Assembly: GCA_963716175.1 (NCBI GenBank)
Contig: OY970296.1
Location: 1 to 64,000, forward strand
Length of the DNA: 64,000 nt
Source: an uncultured Armatimonadetes bacterium
GTDB taxonomy: Bacteria > Armatimonadota > Hebobacteria > Hebobacterales > Hebobacteraceae
Reading direction: 5' to 3'
The notes beneath the pieces were generated by a model, which saw nothing but the letters and a program-made list of their open reading frames with translations, did no database searches and was not told the origin of the DNA. The translations under genes and the position numbers were made by a program. Positions 49,272 to 60,094 of the stretch are shown in pieces (the stretch's first letter is position 1; every line of letters starts with the position of its first letter).

Positions 49272-49415
49272 AGCGTCAGCTTCTTCGCCGATTACATCGA
49301 CTCGCTCAAGACCGGCCGCGAGCCACACATCCCGTTCGCCGACTGCGTGCGCGTCACCGAGATCGCCCTCCGCGCCCGTCAATCCGCCAGAACAGGGAAA
49401 CCGTACACGCTGTGA
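49272..49415 (+). pseudogene. Gfo/Idh/MocA-like C-terminal fragment
   Basis: FFADYIDSLKTGREP....DCVRVTEIALRARQSARTGKPYTL*. Confidence 0.6.
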
Positions 49416-49526
49416 GAAACGAGGATAGTCGTCAGGAGCTTCGATCACCTCTGGCGACTCGCTCCTGACCGGCGGGATCCGCGCCGACCTGCGTCATTTG
49501 CGGACAACGTCAAAGGAGACAACCCG

Positions 49527-51233
49527 ATGCGCCTGCTCTCACCGTGCCTCGTGCTCTTGCTGGTCTGCGCCGCGATCCTTCTCGCCTCCGCCTCCGCCCT
49601 CGCGGCCGACCCGGTCCTCACTCAACGCTGGCTCTTCGTCATGCGCGGCATGCGGACGGCCGAGGACGTTGATCGCACCGTCGCCCTCTTCCCACGCGCC
49701 AAAGCCGATGGCTACAATGCCGTCGTCCTCTCCGATGGCGCGTTCTATGGCCTGGACAGGGTTGACCAGTCCTACCGCGACAACCTCAAGCGCCTCCAGA
49801 AGGCCGCCTTCGACAATGGCCTTGACCTCATTCCCACCGTCATGCCCATCGGCTATGCGGGGAGCATTCTCGATTATGACCCGAATCTCGCCGAAGGTAT
49901 GCCCGTGAAGGACGCGCTCTTCGTCGTGAAGGACAAAGAGGCGCGCCTGGTCTCCGACCATCCCGTCGCCCTCGCGGGCGGCGACTTCGAGACGGCCGAT
50001 GGCAATCGCTTCTCCGGTTGGGAAATGCAGGACAATGTCGGCACCAGCACCTTCGCCGATCGCCAGGTCACCCACAGTGGCGGCCAGTCTCTGCGCATGG
50101 AGAACATCCCGCAGGCCGAACCCAAGTGGGGCCACTCCCGCCTGATGCAGACCATCAAGGTCACGCCCTTCCGCCAGTACCACTTCAGCGTCTGGGTGAA
50201 GACCCAGGACTTCGAGGCCCCCGAGACTGCGCGCGCCGTCGTCCTCGCGCCGACCGAACATGAGCAGTACATCGGCAACCTTTCCATTCACCTCAAGCGC
50301 ACCCAGGACTGGACTCGCTTCGATATGCTGTTCAACAGCCTCAGCTTCTCCGAGGTCCGCATCTACATGGGATGCTGGGGAGGCAAGAACGGCAAGATCT
50401 GGTGGGATGACGCGACCCTCGAGGAAGCCGGCCTCATCAATCCCCTTCGCCGCGACGGCTGTCCGCTCACCGTTCGCGGCAAGGACGGCACGGTGTACGA
50501 AGAGGGGAAGGATTTCGAGGCGGTCAAAGACTCGGAGCTCGCGCCCTACGCCTACTACCACGATCCCCTCGCCATCCGCCTCACCGCCCACAGCCGCATA
50601 CGCGACAGTGCCCGCCTGCGGGTGAGCTACTATCACCCGCTCATGAATCCCGCCGAGCAGCCGAACTGCTGCCTCAGCGCCCCGAGGCTCTACGGCCTCC
50701 TCCGCGACGAAGTGAAACGGGTCAACGACCTGCTGCACCCCAAGGTTTTCTTCATGCAGCACGACGAAATCCGCATCGGCAACTGGGACGCGTCGTGCCA
50801 GGACCGTCACCTCACCGCCGGCCAGATCCTCGCCGACAACGTGCGCAAGTGCATCCGCATCATCCGCGACATCCGGCCCGACGCCGATATCTGGGTCTGG
50901 TCAGACATGTTCGACCCCATGCACAACGCCGTCGGTAGCTACTACTCCGTGAACGGCAGTTGGGCCGGCTCCTGGGAGGGCCTCGACTCGAAGATCGGCA
51001 TCGTGAACTGGTACGGCGAACTCCAAGGGAAAAACGCCAAGTTCTTCGCCGATCGGGGGATGCGCCAGATCTTCGCCGGCTACTACGACGGTAACGAACA
51101 TGGCGAGGACGTCGCCCCCTGGTTCAAGGGCGTCGCCGGCCTCCCCGGCATCGTCGGCGCCATGTACACCACGTGGCAGGACAAGTATGCCGCCATGGAC
51201 GAATGGGCCCGTGCCGCCTGGGGCAAGCCCTGA
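49527..51233 (+). CDS. Secreted putative glycoside hydrolase (GH20-like HDE motif) with inserted CBM4/9-like domain
   Basis: Signal peptide; GGDFE...SGGQSLR...YHFSVWVKT...IWWDD; FFMQHDEIR, WSDMFDP, MYTTW. Confidence 0.65.
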   Translation: MRLLSPCLVLLLVCAAILLASASALAADPVLTQRWLFVMRGMRTAEDVDRTVALFPRAKADGYNAVVLSDGAFYGLDRVDQSYRDNLKRLQKAAFDNGLDLIPTVMPIGYAGSILDYDPNLAEGMPVKDALFVVKDKEARLVSDHPVALAGGDFETADGNRFSGWEMQDNVGTSTFADRQVTHSGGQSLRMENIPQAEPKWGHSRLMQTIKVTPFRQYHFSVWVKTQDFEAPETARAVVLAPTEHEQYIGNLSIHLKRTQDWTRFDMLFNSLSFSEVRIYMGCWGGKNGKIWWDDATLEEAGLINPLRRDGCPLTVRGKDGTVYEEGKDFEAVKDSELAPYAYYHDPLAIRLTAHSRIRDSARLRVSYYHPLMNPAEQPNCCLSAPRLYGLLRDEVKRVNDLLHPKVFFMQHDEIRIGNWDASCQDRHLTAGQILADNVRKCIRIIRDIRPDADIWVWSDMFDPMHNAVGSYYSVNGSWAGSWEGLDSKIGIVNWYGELQGKNAKFFADRGMRQIFAGYYDGNEHGEDVAPWFKGVAGLPGIVGAMYTTWQDKYAAMDEWARAAWGKP

Positions 51234-51496
51234 TGATCGGAGACGGACGGTGCTCCCTGGAGGTGTCGGGCGCCCGTGAGACCGCAATTGCGGAGGTTCC
51301 CGGTCACCCACGCTGCTCACGCGGCGAGCCCCTAGACAGTGATCCGCGGCTCTGCGACCTTCCGGACCCGTGCCTGACCCCGGATCTGCTTCGCTGATCG
51401 ATCGGGCTTCTGCCAGTGGTGGCCCTGGTAGACCACCGACGGGGTCGCTCCGTCGAGCCCTCCATGGCAGCGGTGGCGGTTGTAGTAGACTTCGGA

Positions 51497-51648
51497 TGTC
51501 AATCGGCTTCGAAAACTGACCCACCCTGGATTGGTGAGATCAGTTCAGCGTGGCCTCTGGATTCCTCGTGTTGGTCCTCCAGCTTCCGTTTCCACTGGGT
51601 CAGGTCTCCACGCCGATTTCGCCTCTAGCTGGGTCATGCCGGCACGCC
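51497..51648 (+). mobile_element. IS21-family-like terminal fragment
   Basis: TGTCAATCGGCTTCGAAAACTGACCCACC; homologous to 25492-25667. Confidence 0.7.
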
Positions 51649-51727
51649 GCCTAACAACACCAACGATCGCGAGAGTGACCAGCAGCTCAATGAACGTGAA
51701 CCCAGTGCCTTTCCCAGGCTTGGCCAT
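51649..51727 (-). pseudogene. Prepilin N-terminal remnant fused to the IS fragment
   Basis: MAKPGKGTG|FTFIELLVTLAIVGV. Confidence 0.7.
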
Positions 51728-51941
51728 CTCTATTCCCCCTTGCTCCGAGGCGTGACGCGAGCGTACCAAGCCGCACCTCAGCCGTCAACGTGCAGAAGGC
51801 ACCCTGTCCACCCCGAAAGCCACACCTGGAGCAGATCAGCGGTACTCAGCAGCCTTGTCTCACGAGGAATGCCCGCCTTGTCGGGCAGTGGCTTCGTAAC
51901 ATTGGTTCCCGCGCCATTCGGGCCCGGGCTTCATCCACCGA

Positions 51942-54213
51942 TCACTGCCAAGCTGTCACCCGTGAGAGCTCAGATTGAAGCTTGCACAGACGGCCGTAGA
52001 GGCCGTCTCCGTCGAGCAACTCGTCATGAGTGCCGATCTCGACGACCCGCCCACGCTCCAGGACAATGATCTTGGAGGCTTTGCGCAGAGTGGAGAGCCG
52101 GTGGGCGATGGCGAACGTGGTTCGGTTCTCCACCAGGCGCTCGAGGGCTTGCTGAATCAGCATCTCGGTCTCGGTGTCAACTGACGACGTTGCCTCATCC
52201 AGGATGAGGATAGGCGGGTTCCTGAGGATGGCGCGAGCGATCGAGACCCGCTGGCGCTCGCCTCCGGACATGAGCTGACCCCGCTCACCTGTCAGGGTGT
52301 CATACCCATGTGGTAGATTCACGATGAAGTCGTGCGCGTTCGCCATCTTGGCGGCCGCGACGATTTCCTCTGCCCCAGCGTCGGGTCTGCCATAGGCGAT
52401 GTTCTCGGCTACCGTGCCGTGGAACAGGAACGGCTCCTGGAGTACGACTCCGATCTGCTGCCGGAGAGGGCGCAGGGCAAGCTGCCGCACGTCGATCCCG
52501 TCAATCAGGATCTGGCCGGACTCGGCATCGTAGAATCTGCTCAGCAATTGCACGAGTGTGCTCTTGCCTGCGCCGCTCGGGCCCACAAGTCCAATCACCT
52601 CGCCCGGCTCAGCCGCAAAGCTGATGTCAGTCAGAACGGGCCTTCCGGGCTCGTAGCCGAAGCTGACGCGCCTGAACTCGATGTGGCCGGTGATGCGCGG
52701 CAGTGTGATTGAGCCGGGGGCATCGGCGAGCTCGGGCGACGTGTCGAGCACCTCGAAGACCCGCTCCGCCGCGGTCAGCGCGTGCTGCACCTGGTGGTTC
52801 ATCTCGCCAAGATTCTCCACCGGATAGTAGAAGGACCAGAGCAACTGCGTGAACATCACCAGGGTGCCCGCGCTGGTCAGTTTCTGCAGCACCTGCATTC
52901 CCCCGACTCCCTGCACCACCAGGAAGCCGACCGCGGTCATGAGTCCGAGCGCAGGGAAGAATGTCGTCCACAGTCTGGCGGCGTTCAGCTCCTGGATGAA
53001 GAGAGAGGCGCTATGCTCGCGGAAACGTTTCGACTCCCGGCTCTCCTGGACGAAAGACTTCACGACCCGGATCCCGGGGATGGCGTCAGTCAGGGCGGCA
53101 TTCATCCCCGACCAGCGTCGCCACAGCTTGTGGTAGACGACATGGATGAGCTTGCCGAACCAGACGGTGCCCAGGACGATGAAAGGGGTCGGCAGCAGGG
53201 CGAGCGCGGCCAGCGTCGCGTTCGCCTGGAAGAGCATAATGCAGATGATGGGGATGGTGAGGAGATTGATCAGAATCTGCTGCAGCCCATCGGAGATGAA
53301 GTACTGCAGTTGCATGATGTCGTTGGTCACCCGAGACATGATCTGGCCCGTCTGCCGGCGACTGAAGAAACCCAGCGAGAGTAGTTGCAGGTGATCGAAG
53401 AGCTGGGTGCGCATGTCGAAGACGACGCGGGAGCCCAGCCACTGCATCATGTAGCCGCGGACCATGCTGATGCCCGCGTACACGACCTCGATCACCAGCA
53501 TCCAGATCACCACGATGGCAAGACCTGGCAGCCATCTCCGGTGCCAGAACCTGGTCAAACAGATACCGGGTCACGTAGGCCGGCAGCAGGCCGACCACTG
53601 TCAGCACGGTGCTGAGCGCGAAGCCCGTGATCGCGACCGCCTTGTGCGGGCCCAGGTAGCCGATCAGACGAAACAGCAGCTGCCTGCGCTGTATGCAGAA
53701 AGGGCACACCTCGGACCCGGCAGGGACTGCCCGTCCGCAGGTCTCGCACCGTCCCGCTTTCGAGGCAGACGCGGTGGAACGTTCCTGACCCTCGTCCTCG
53801 CTGCCAGTCAGTTGCCTCAGCAGATGGTAGACGCGGCTCGCCTCTGCCGCCACCGAACGGGAGAATCGGACCAGCTCAAAGGCCGCGTCGTCTGTGGCGA
53901 CCTCGAGAGCACCTCCTCCGATGAAATCCCTTAGCCGCACTCGGCGGACATCCGCTAGTGGGAGGTCCAGCTCCAGCCATGCGGAGCCCTCCTCCTGGGC
54001 GAGTGTGACTAGTCTCTGGTCAGTCACCACGAGCCAGCGGTTGCCGTAATGACCTGATAGTGTCATGTCCGAGTAGACAGTGGCCAGACGGGTCTCATCA
54101 GGGGCCAAGCAGGCGAACAGCTCCGCCGCCTGCTCGGGAAGATCCGCTTGCAGGGCCGCGTCGTTCAAGAACGGCTGCAGCTCTTTCGTCTCCATGCTGG
54201 TCATCGTCTTCAT
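51942..54213 (-). CDS. ABC exporter (N-terminal extension, permease, ATPase), frameshifted at ~53540
   Basis: GPSGAGKST, SGGERQR, ILDEATS; the N-terminal ORF has CxxC..CPFC then the first TM. Confidence 0.88.
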
Positions 54214-54980
54214 GCAATCGAGCCGCTCACCGGTGCCCGGAATCCCCTACCAGGCTTCGTGGGCCGGAAACTCGCCCGCCGCCAAGACGAAAAGCGGCAA
54301 TCCCTGCCTCACCCTTCGGCAGAGACGCGAGTGACCAAGGTGGGATCATCGGCTGGGAGTGAGAAGGGCCTTGTCAGTACGAGTCCGGGGAGAGGAAGCT
54401 TCAGTGAGTCCGGACTACTGCACAGGAAGGCTACCGCGTACGCGGCCGCTTGTCAATCGTCTGAACGGCTGGAACCAAACAGAAAAGTGCCAACAGGGAC
54501 GCTGTGCCGATGTCATCGGTCCCGGGCTCCCCACGTCTGCTCGGCTAGCGGCGGCCCTAGCTGCAGGCCGCCGACGAGCCTGCTAGCGGTGGCTCAGGCC
54601 TAACCTCGGAGATAAGTCCGGATGGAACGGTCGCTTGGATCGGGGGCACGGGAGATCGTGAAGAAGGCACCCCAGTACGGGCAGCTAAGCCCTTCTCCGT
54701 ATGCCAACGCGCGTTTGTGGCTCCAAAACGGAAGTTGTGCCTATCCGGTTGGCTCACCAGCATACAACATATTGTAGGTAGTTGTCCCCCCAGAAAATCC
54801 TATCTAGGGTTTCCAAGAGTTTTGTCTCGCTGGGGCTCGCCTGATATCCTCGGGGCATGACTGGCCCGACTCATCATGCAAGCTCGGAAGCCGTCTGGAC
54901 GTGTCCCATCGCCATTTGACATGCGCAGAGTGTCTGGAGTACCCCGCCTGGGCGCAAGAGGTGAAGGCGCCCCTCCGACG

Positions 54981-56078
54981 CTACACGTAGTCCAGCCCCG
55001 GCAGTGGCACCGGGATGGGGAAAAGGCACGCGAGCACCGCTCCGAGTTCGCCCTTCACCTTCGGCGCGCCCGGCCCACCCAGCACCAACCTGCCCGTCTG
55101 CGACAGGTCCATCTCCTGGCCTTCATCGCCGTACGCGAACCGGCACGCCGCCTCCGTCTGCTCGAACCGGAGCCCGCGCACCTCCGCGGGCGACAGCCGC
55201 GCCAGCGCGTACGGCCGCAGGGCCCGCATTAGGCCCGGCAGGTTGAGCAGGCGGATGGTGTGGTCCGGGATGGTGCCGGGCCGGAATGCCAACCCGCGAG
55301 TGCGACACAGATACGTGAACTCCTCATCGTGCTGGGGGAATGCCACCCGAAGCTCCGTCACACTCCCGGTCGCGAACAGCGGCTCCAGGCTGTCGAGCAG
55401 CGCCGCTCGCGATCCCGCGTACTCGCCCAGCGCGCGCACCGTGCGCGGCACACCGCCCCACACGTGCGTAAGGCAAAAGTAGGCCACCGGCCGGCTATCA
55501 TGCTCTACCAGCCACACTCGGTGGTAGCCCTGGTGCAGATGGCCCGCGTAGTTCTGCGCGGTTCGCACGAAGCGCACCGGCTCGGCCTGGTGCAGCCGCG
55601 CCACCGCGCTCCAGTCCTCCGGCCCGGCGCGGCGTACTGTCACCGCGCCCGGTTCGGTGGGAACGTCGCCCGGCCGCACCGTCGCCCGCCACACCGGGCC
55701 ACTGGGCACGGCATGCGCGCGCCGGTAGAGGCCCTGGTCACCGGAGATGATCAGTAGCGTCGCCTTCGCCGCTGCCGCCTCGTCTATGCATGCCCGCAGC
55801 AGTCGCGAGGCAATGCCGCGCCCGCGGTAATCGGGATGCGTGCACACCCCGCCAAAGCTCACCACCTTCACCTTCGCCCCCTCCAGCGAGAGGCGGTTGT
55901 AGCTCATGTGGATGATGCTCACGGGCTGGCCGTCGAGGGCGATGATGCGCGTCCCCGCAGGCACCCTCGGGAGCTGCTTGCTGGTGCGCGGGGTCGGCGG
56001 ATCGAAGCCGAAGCAGAGCGCACTCAGCCGGTGCAGCTCGTCCATCTCCTCGGGGCGGGGTGGGCGCGAGGTATCCAT
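54981..56078 (-). CDS. GNAT acetyltransferase, Eis-like
   Basis: GGVCTHPDYRGRGIAS; tandem GNAT folds plus C-terminal domain. Confidence 0.88.
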   Translation of the reverse strand: MDTSRPPRPEEMDELHRLSALCFGFDPPTPRTSKQLPRVPAGTRIIALDGQPVSIIHMSYNRLSLEGAKVKVVSFGGVCTHPDYRGRGIASRLLRACIDEAAAAKATLLIISGDQGLYRRAHAVPSGPVWRATVRPGDVPTEPGAVTVRRAGPEDWSAVARLHQAEPVRFVRTAQNYAGHLHQGYHRVWLVEHDSRPVAYFCLTHVWGGVPRTVRALGEYAGSRAALLDSLEPLFATGSVTELRVAFPQHDEEFTYLCRTRGLAFRPGTIPDHTIRLLNLPGLMRALRPYALARLSPAEVRGLRFEQTEAACRFAYGDEGQEMDLSQTGRLVLGGPGAPKVKGELGAVLACLFPIPVPLPGLDYV

Positions 56079-56492
56079 GGTCACTGCTTCCTCTGTGGGT
56101 GTGCACTTCAAGAACCCTATCATGGCACTCCTGGGCGACTTGCGTCACCTTTGACGGCCTGCTATCCCTCCCTCATGAGTACCGCTTCGTCCTTCTTCTT
56201 CACTGCTGGAGGCATCCTTCGCGCCCTCTGTGAACTCGCCTGTCCTTGTTACGCGGCGATGGAACCGCCCAGATCAACGTTTCCCGACGATCCGGGCTGG
56301 TCTGCCGACAACTACAGCCCTAGCCAGCGGGGCAGCGATCTCGCACAGGCATCGCTGCGCCGGCAGCGCGCATACCGCGCCGGGGCCCATCTGCTGCCGC
56401 GGTGCTTTGCCCGCCCTGAGCTCAAGCAGCCGGTTCCATCGCCGCGTAACAAGGACATCTGGCTCCATGCGGGAGGCAGGGAAGGAGTCGGC

Positions 56493-57422
56493 ATGCTCAA
56501 GAGAAGACGCCCGAGGGAAGACCCAGCCCCGCCCCTTCCCGATCGGCGGGCGCTGGAGAAGGAGATGGCCAACCTGCACCGGTTGTTGGGCACGCGCCGC
56601 TTCGGCAGCGTGAAGGAGATGAAGGCTTTCCTGGAGCAGACGCTGGCCCAGACCGGGGGCCGAGTCCCAGAACAAGCTGCCGGTTCCCCTGTGGAGCAGG
56701 CGCAGAGCGTGATGTACGAGGCCTGGGATGCCCAGGGCAGCGTGCGGGTGGCGCTGGCAAGAAGGGCGCTGGAGATCTCGGCCGACTGCGCGGATGCTTA
56801 TGTGCTGCTGGCGGAGGAGACCGCGCACACCGCCGAAGAAGCACGTGAGCTGTACGCGCAGGGGGTCGCGGCCGGCGAACGCGCCTTGGGTGAGCGGGCC
56901 TTCAGGAAAGAACTTGGCCACTTCTGGGAGGTGCTGGAAGCCCGTCCCTACATGCGGGCGCGGGCCGGCCTCGCCCACTGCCTATGGGAACTTGGTCAGC
57001 GGGAGGCGGCGTTGGATCACTGGGTGGACATGCTGCGGCTCAATCCCGGCGATAGCCTGGGGGTACGCTATCGACTTATCAACGGGCTGCTGCAGTCGGG
57101 GCGGGACCGAGAGGCCGGCAAGCTCCTGCGAGTCTACCAAGGAGACGGCGGGGCCGACTGGCTTTACAGCTGGGCCTTGTGGGCGTTCCGCACCGAAGGC
57201 GACAGCCGCCGCTCCCGACGCCGTCTGACGGAGGCGATGGTGCACAACCCCCACGTGCCCGCGTATCTGCGCGGACTGCGGCCGCTGCCCCGACGCCCCC
57301 CAGAGTTGGTTGGGCTTGGAGACAAGGACGAGGCGGTCAGCTACGCGGCGGCGGCCAAGGTGATCTGGCAGGAGACGCCGGGCGCATTGGACTGGCTCGC
57401 CCACATTCAGCAGGCACTCTAG
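56493..57422 (+). CDS. TPR/ST7-like hypothetical protein
   Basis: AQ...YEAW, ALEISADCADAY, FW..LEARPYMRAR, LRLNPGD..GVRY. Confidence 0.8.
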   Translation: MLKRRRPREDPAPPLPDRRALEKEMANLHRLLGTRRFGSVKEMKAFLEQTLAQTGGRVPEQAAGSPVEQAQSVMYEAWDAQGSVRVALARRALEISADCADAYVLLAEETAHTAEEARELYAQGVAAGERALGERAFRKELGHFWEVLEARPYMRARAGLAHCLWELGQREAALDHWVDMLRLNPGDSLGVRYRLINGLLQSGRDREAGKLLRVYQGDGGADWLYSWALWAFRTEGDSRRSRRRLTEAMVHNPHVPAYLRGLRPLPRRPPELVGLGDKDEAVSYAAAAKVIWQETPGALDWLAHIQQAL

Positions 57423-57631
57423 CAAGCGGCGGGCCATGTCGCCCCCTGTTGGTCAGGAGCTGACCACGCGTCCGGACAACGTTTCTGGGGAGGACAGGCC
57501 CCCGAGACCGACGACAGAATGCGCGACGTCAGCGCCGATGGAGACATGTCTCTACAGAGACCACTGAGCGATCGTCGGAACACAACACAGGGGATGGGCT
57601 TGACACGCCCGTCTTATGGAGACAAGGACAG

Positions 57632-57794
57632 CATGCATCGCCTCGGGCGCTCTCAGTCGCGCGGGCAGGGCCTCTGAAAGGCACCCCAGCCCCTGCCTCC
57701 GAAGCCCGATGCTGCCACTCCATTGGCCATCACCCTGTCATCGAATCGGTCCGCATGCCTTCCGGGCAGCGCCGATGGGTTATTGGATAGCACG
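57632..57794 (+). mobile_element. Solo right end (~160 bp) of the integrase-core element
   Basis: Homologous to 30205-30343 and to the reverse complement of 35801-35964. Confidence 0.8.
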
Positions 57795-57814
57795 CCCTCG
57801 ACACCTACAGTACG

Positions 57815-58888
57815 CTACGGCCGTTCTGCTGTTGCGCCGAATCCTGCAAACAGCGGCGCCGGGCCGGTTGACTGCCTGACCACGAGCCGAGCCGTCACCC
57901 GTGGACTCGGAAGCCGGTCTACGCCGTCTCGCATCAGCCACTCGAGGGCGAGGCTCCCCGCCTCGGCCCGCGGCAGAGCGAGCGTTGTGAGCGGCGGATC
58001 CGTGAAACGCGCAGTGAAGATATCGTCTACGCCGACGATCGAGAGGCGCTCGGGCACCCGGAACCCGGACTGCCTCGCGGCCTGAAGCGCCCCTAGGGCA
58101 AGCAGGTCGTTGTGGCAGACGATGGCGGTGACCTCGCCCGCGCCACGCAGGAGATCGAGCACTGCGGCCTGACCGGTCTCCGGGCGCTGGCCGCCCCTTG
58201 CGGTCGCGATCCATTCGTCGGGGAGCTGAAGGCCGTGGTCGGACAGCGCTTCCCGGAAGCAGAAGAAGCGACTCTCGCGGCTGGCGGGACGGTCGGTCGG
58301 ATCCCACAGATAGCCGATGTTGTGGTGACCGAGAGAGGCCAGGTGGGCAACGATGTCGCGCATGCCGGTGCGGAAGTCGATCGAGAGACTCCGGGCTCCC
58401 TCCGGCAGATGGGGCTGTAGCTCCAATCCAAGCACGCGGATGTGAGCGGAGAGCAGGCGCTCGACGTGGCGAGAGTCGAGGCACCAACCCCACATGATGA
58501 CGCCGTCCACGCGCCTGCTGAGCAGCATCTGGACCTGGCGCCAGGCGGCATCCTCCTCGGTTGGCGCGGTGCATACCATCACACTGAGCCGGGAACCTTG
58601 AGCTGCCAGTTCAACACCTTTGATGAAGTCGGCGTAGAATGGGTTTCCCAGGTCACCAACGAGCACCGCCACGGTGTGCGTGTTGCCCTGCCGCAGGCTC
58701 TTCGCGACGTAGTTGATCTCGTAGCCAAGAGTCTCTATGGCAGCTCGGACCCGCGCGGCGGTGGTTTCGCTGACCGATGTGGTCGCGTTGATGACGCGCG
58801 ACACTGTCGCGACAGAAACGCCCGCGCGCCGGGCGACGTCCTGCATACGCACTCTGGCCTGGCGATGCATCACTCGAATGGCTTTCAC
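57815..58888 (-). CDS. LacI-family transcriptional regulator
   Basis: MQDVARRAGVSVATVSRVIN, NPFY, CHNDLLALG, VGVDD, PPLTT. Confidence 0.96.
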   Translation of the reverse strand: MKAIRVMHRQARVRMQDVARRAGVSVATVSRVINATTSVSETTAARVRAAIETLGYEINYVAKSLRQGNTHTVAVLVGDLGNPFYADFIKGVELAAQGSRLSVMVCTAPTEEDAAWRQVQMLLSRRVDGVIMWGWCLDSRHVERLLSAHIRVLGLELQPHLPEGARSLSIDFRTGMRDIVAHLASLGHHNIGYLWDPTDRPASRESRFFCFREALSDHGLQLPDEWIATARGGQRPETGQAAVLDLLRGAGEVTAIVCHNDLLALGALQAARQSGFRVPERLSIVGVDDIFTARFTDPPLTTLALPRAEAGSLALEWLMRDGVDRLPSPRVTARLVVRQSTGPAPLFAGFGATAERP

Positions 58889-58931
58889 TCAGAACGCGGC
58901 AAGAGGCGAGGTCCGCCGCGGGAGTATGCGC

Positions 58932-59923
58932 CTACCGGACGATGAGCACCTTGCCCGACTCGCCCGAGGCGAAGGTGGCAAATGCCTGGTCTGCCTCGCG
59001 CAGCGGGAATCGGTGCGTGACGAGGTCATCAACCTTGAGCCCCCGCCAATGGAGGTCGAGGATCTCGTAATAGTCACTGGGGTTGTAGTACCACGAACCG
59101 ACGGCCGTGATCTCCTTGCGGATGAAGTGATTGCTCGGATGGATGACGGAATCGCCCTTCTCGCCGACGAAGCCGACCTTTCCGAACTCGCGCACGCACT
59201 CGAGCGCGGCAGTGAGGGTCTCCTGTGTGGGACTGCAGTCGAGGGCGATATCAACGCCAGCGCCGTGCGTAAGGTCAATGATGGCCTTGGCGGGATCCTC
59301 GGCGCCCGGGTCAATGACGGAGTCTGCGCCGAGCTGCTTGGCGAGGTTCCGACGATACGGCGAGAGGTCGGCCGCGATGGCGCGGGCGCCCATGAAGTGG
59401 AGGAGGGCGAGCATGCCAAGACCGATGGGTCCGCAGCCCAGCACCGCAGCCGTATGGAACCCGGTGGCGCCGAGACGCTTCAGGGTTCGGTAGGTGGTTC
59501 CGATAGTGTCGCCTCCGAGCAGGACGCCGCGCTCCCAACTCACGTCATCGGGCAACGGCAGGCAGCACATTCGGGCGCGGCGATGAGCTCGGCATGGCCG
59601 CCGATGAGATAGCCCATCTCCGGGCAATGCTCGTAGTCGCCCCGCCTGCAATGGTGGCAGTGGCCACAACCGATCATTATCTGGAGCGCGACCCGGTCAC
59701 CCGACTTCACATGCCGGGTCTGGTTGGCCCAGACCACCTCGCCCACCATTCCGTGGCCGACGATCACCCCGTTCGACCCCTTGGCGCTGTGGTAGGAATG
59801 CAACTCGCTGCCGCAGATCGCCGAAGCGGTCAGCCTGACCAGAGCTTCCCCAGCCTTCGGCTCCGGGTCCGCAAACTCCCTGACCTCTGCCTTGCCACCC
59901 CCAACGAAGACGACGCCAAGCAT
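58932..59923 (-). CDS. Zn-dependent medium-chain dehydrogenase, frameshifted at ~59570
   Basis: ICGSELH, CGHCHHC..C, GCGPIG, VTHRFPL; GHE motif reads GHG. Confidence 0.85.
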
Positions 59924-60094
59924 TCTACCTCCTAATGATGCTCGCACAAAGAAGCAACAGCGGCAGGACCATGCGCCCGTCTGCGGCGTAGTCTGTCCGC
60001 GTTTCGCCGTTACCTCCCTTGGCGAAATGAGGTGGCCATTGGCGCGAGTCGCTGCTGCGGATGTTCGCCTGCTCGGCCAATGCTCCCTCCTTGC

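Noticed and set aside
54214-54980. Long intergenic region as ncRNA or small ORFs
   Set aside because: No recognisable motif, repeat or convincing ORF
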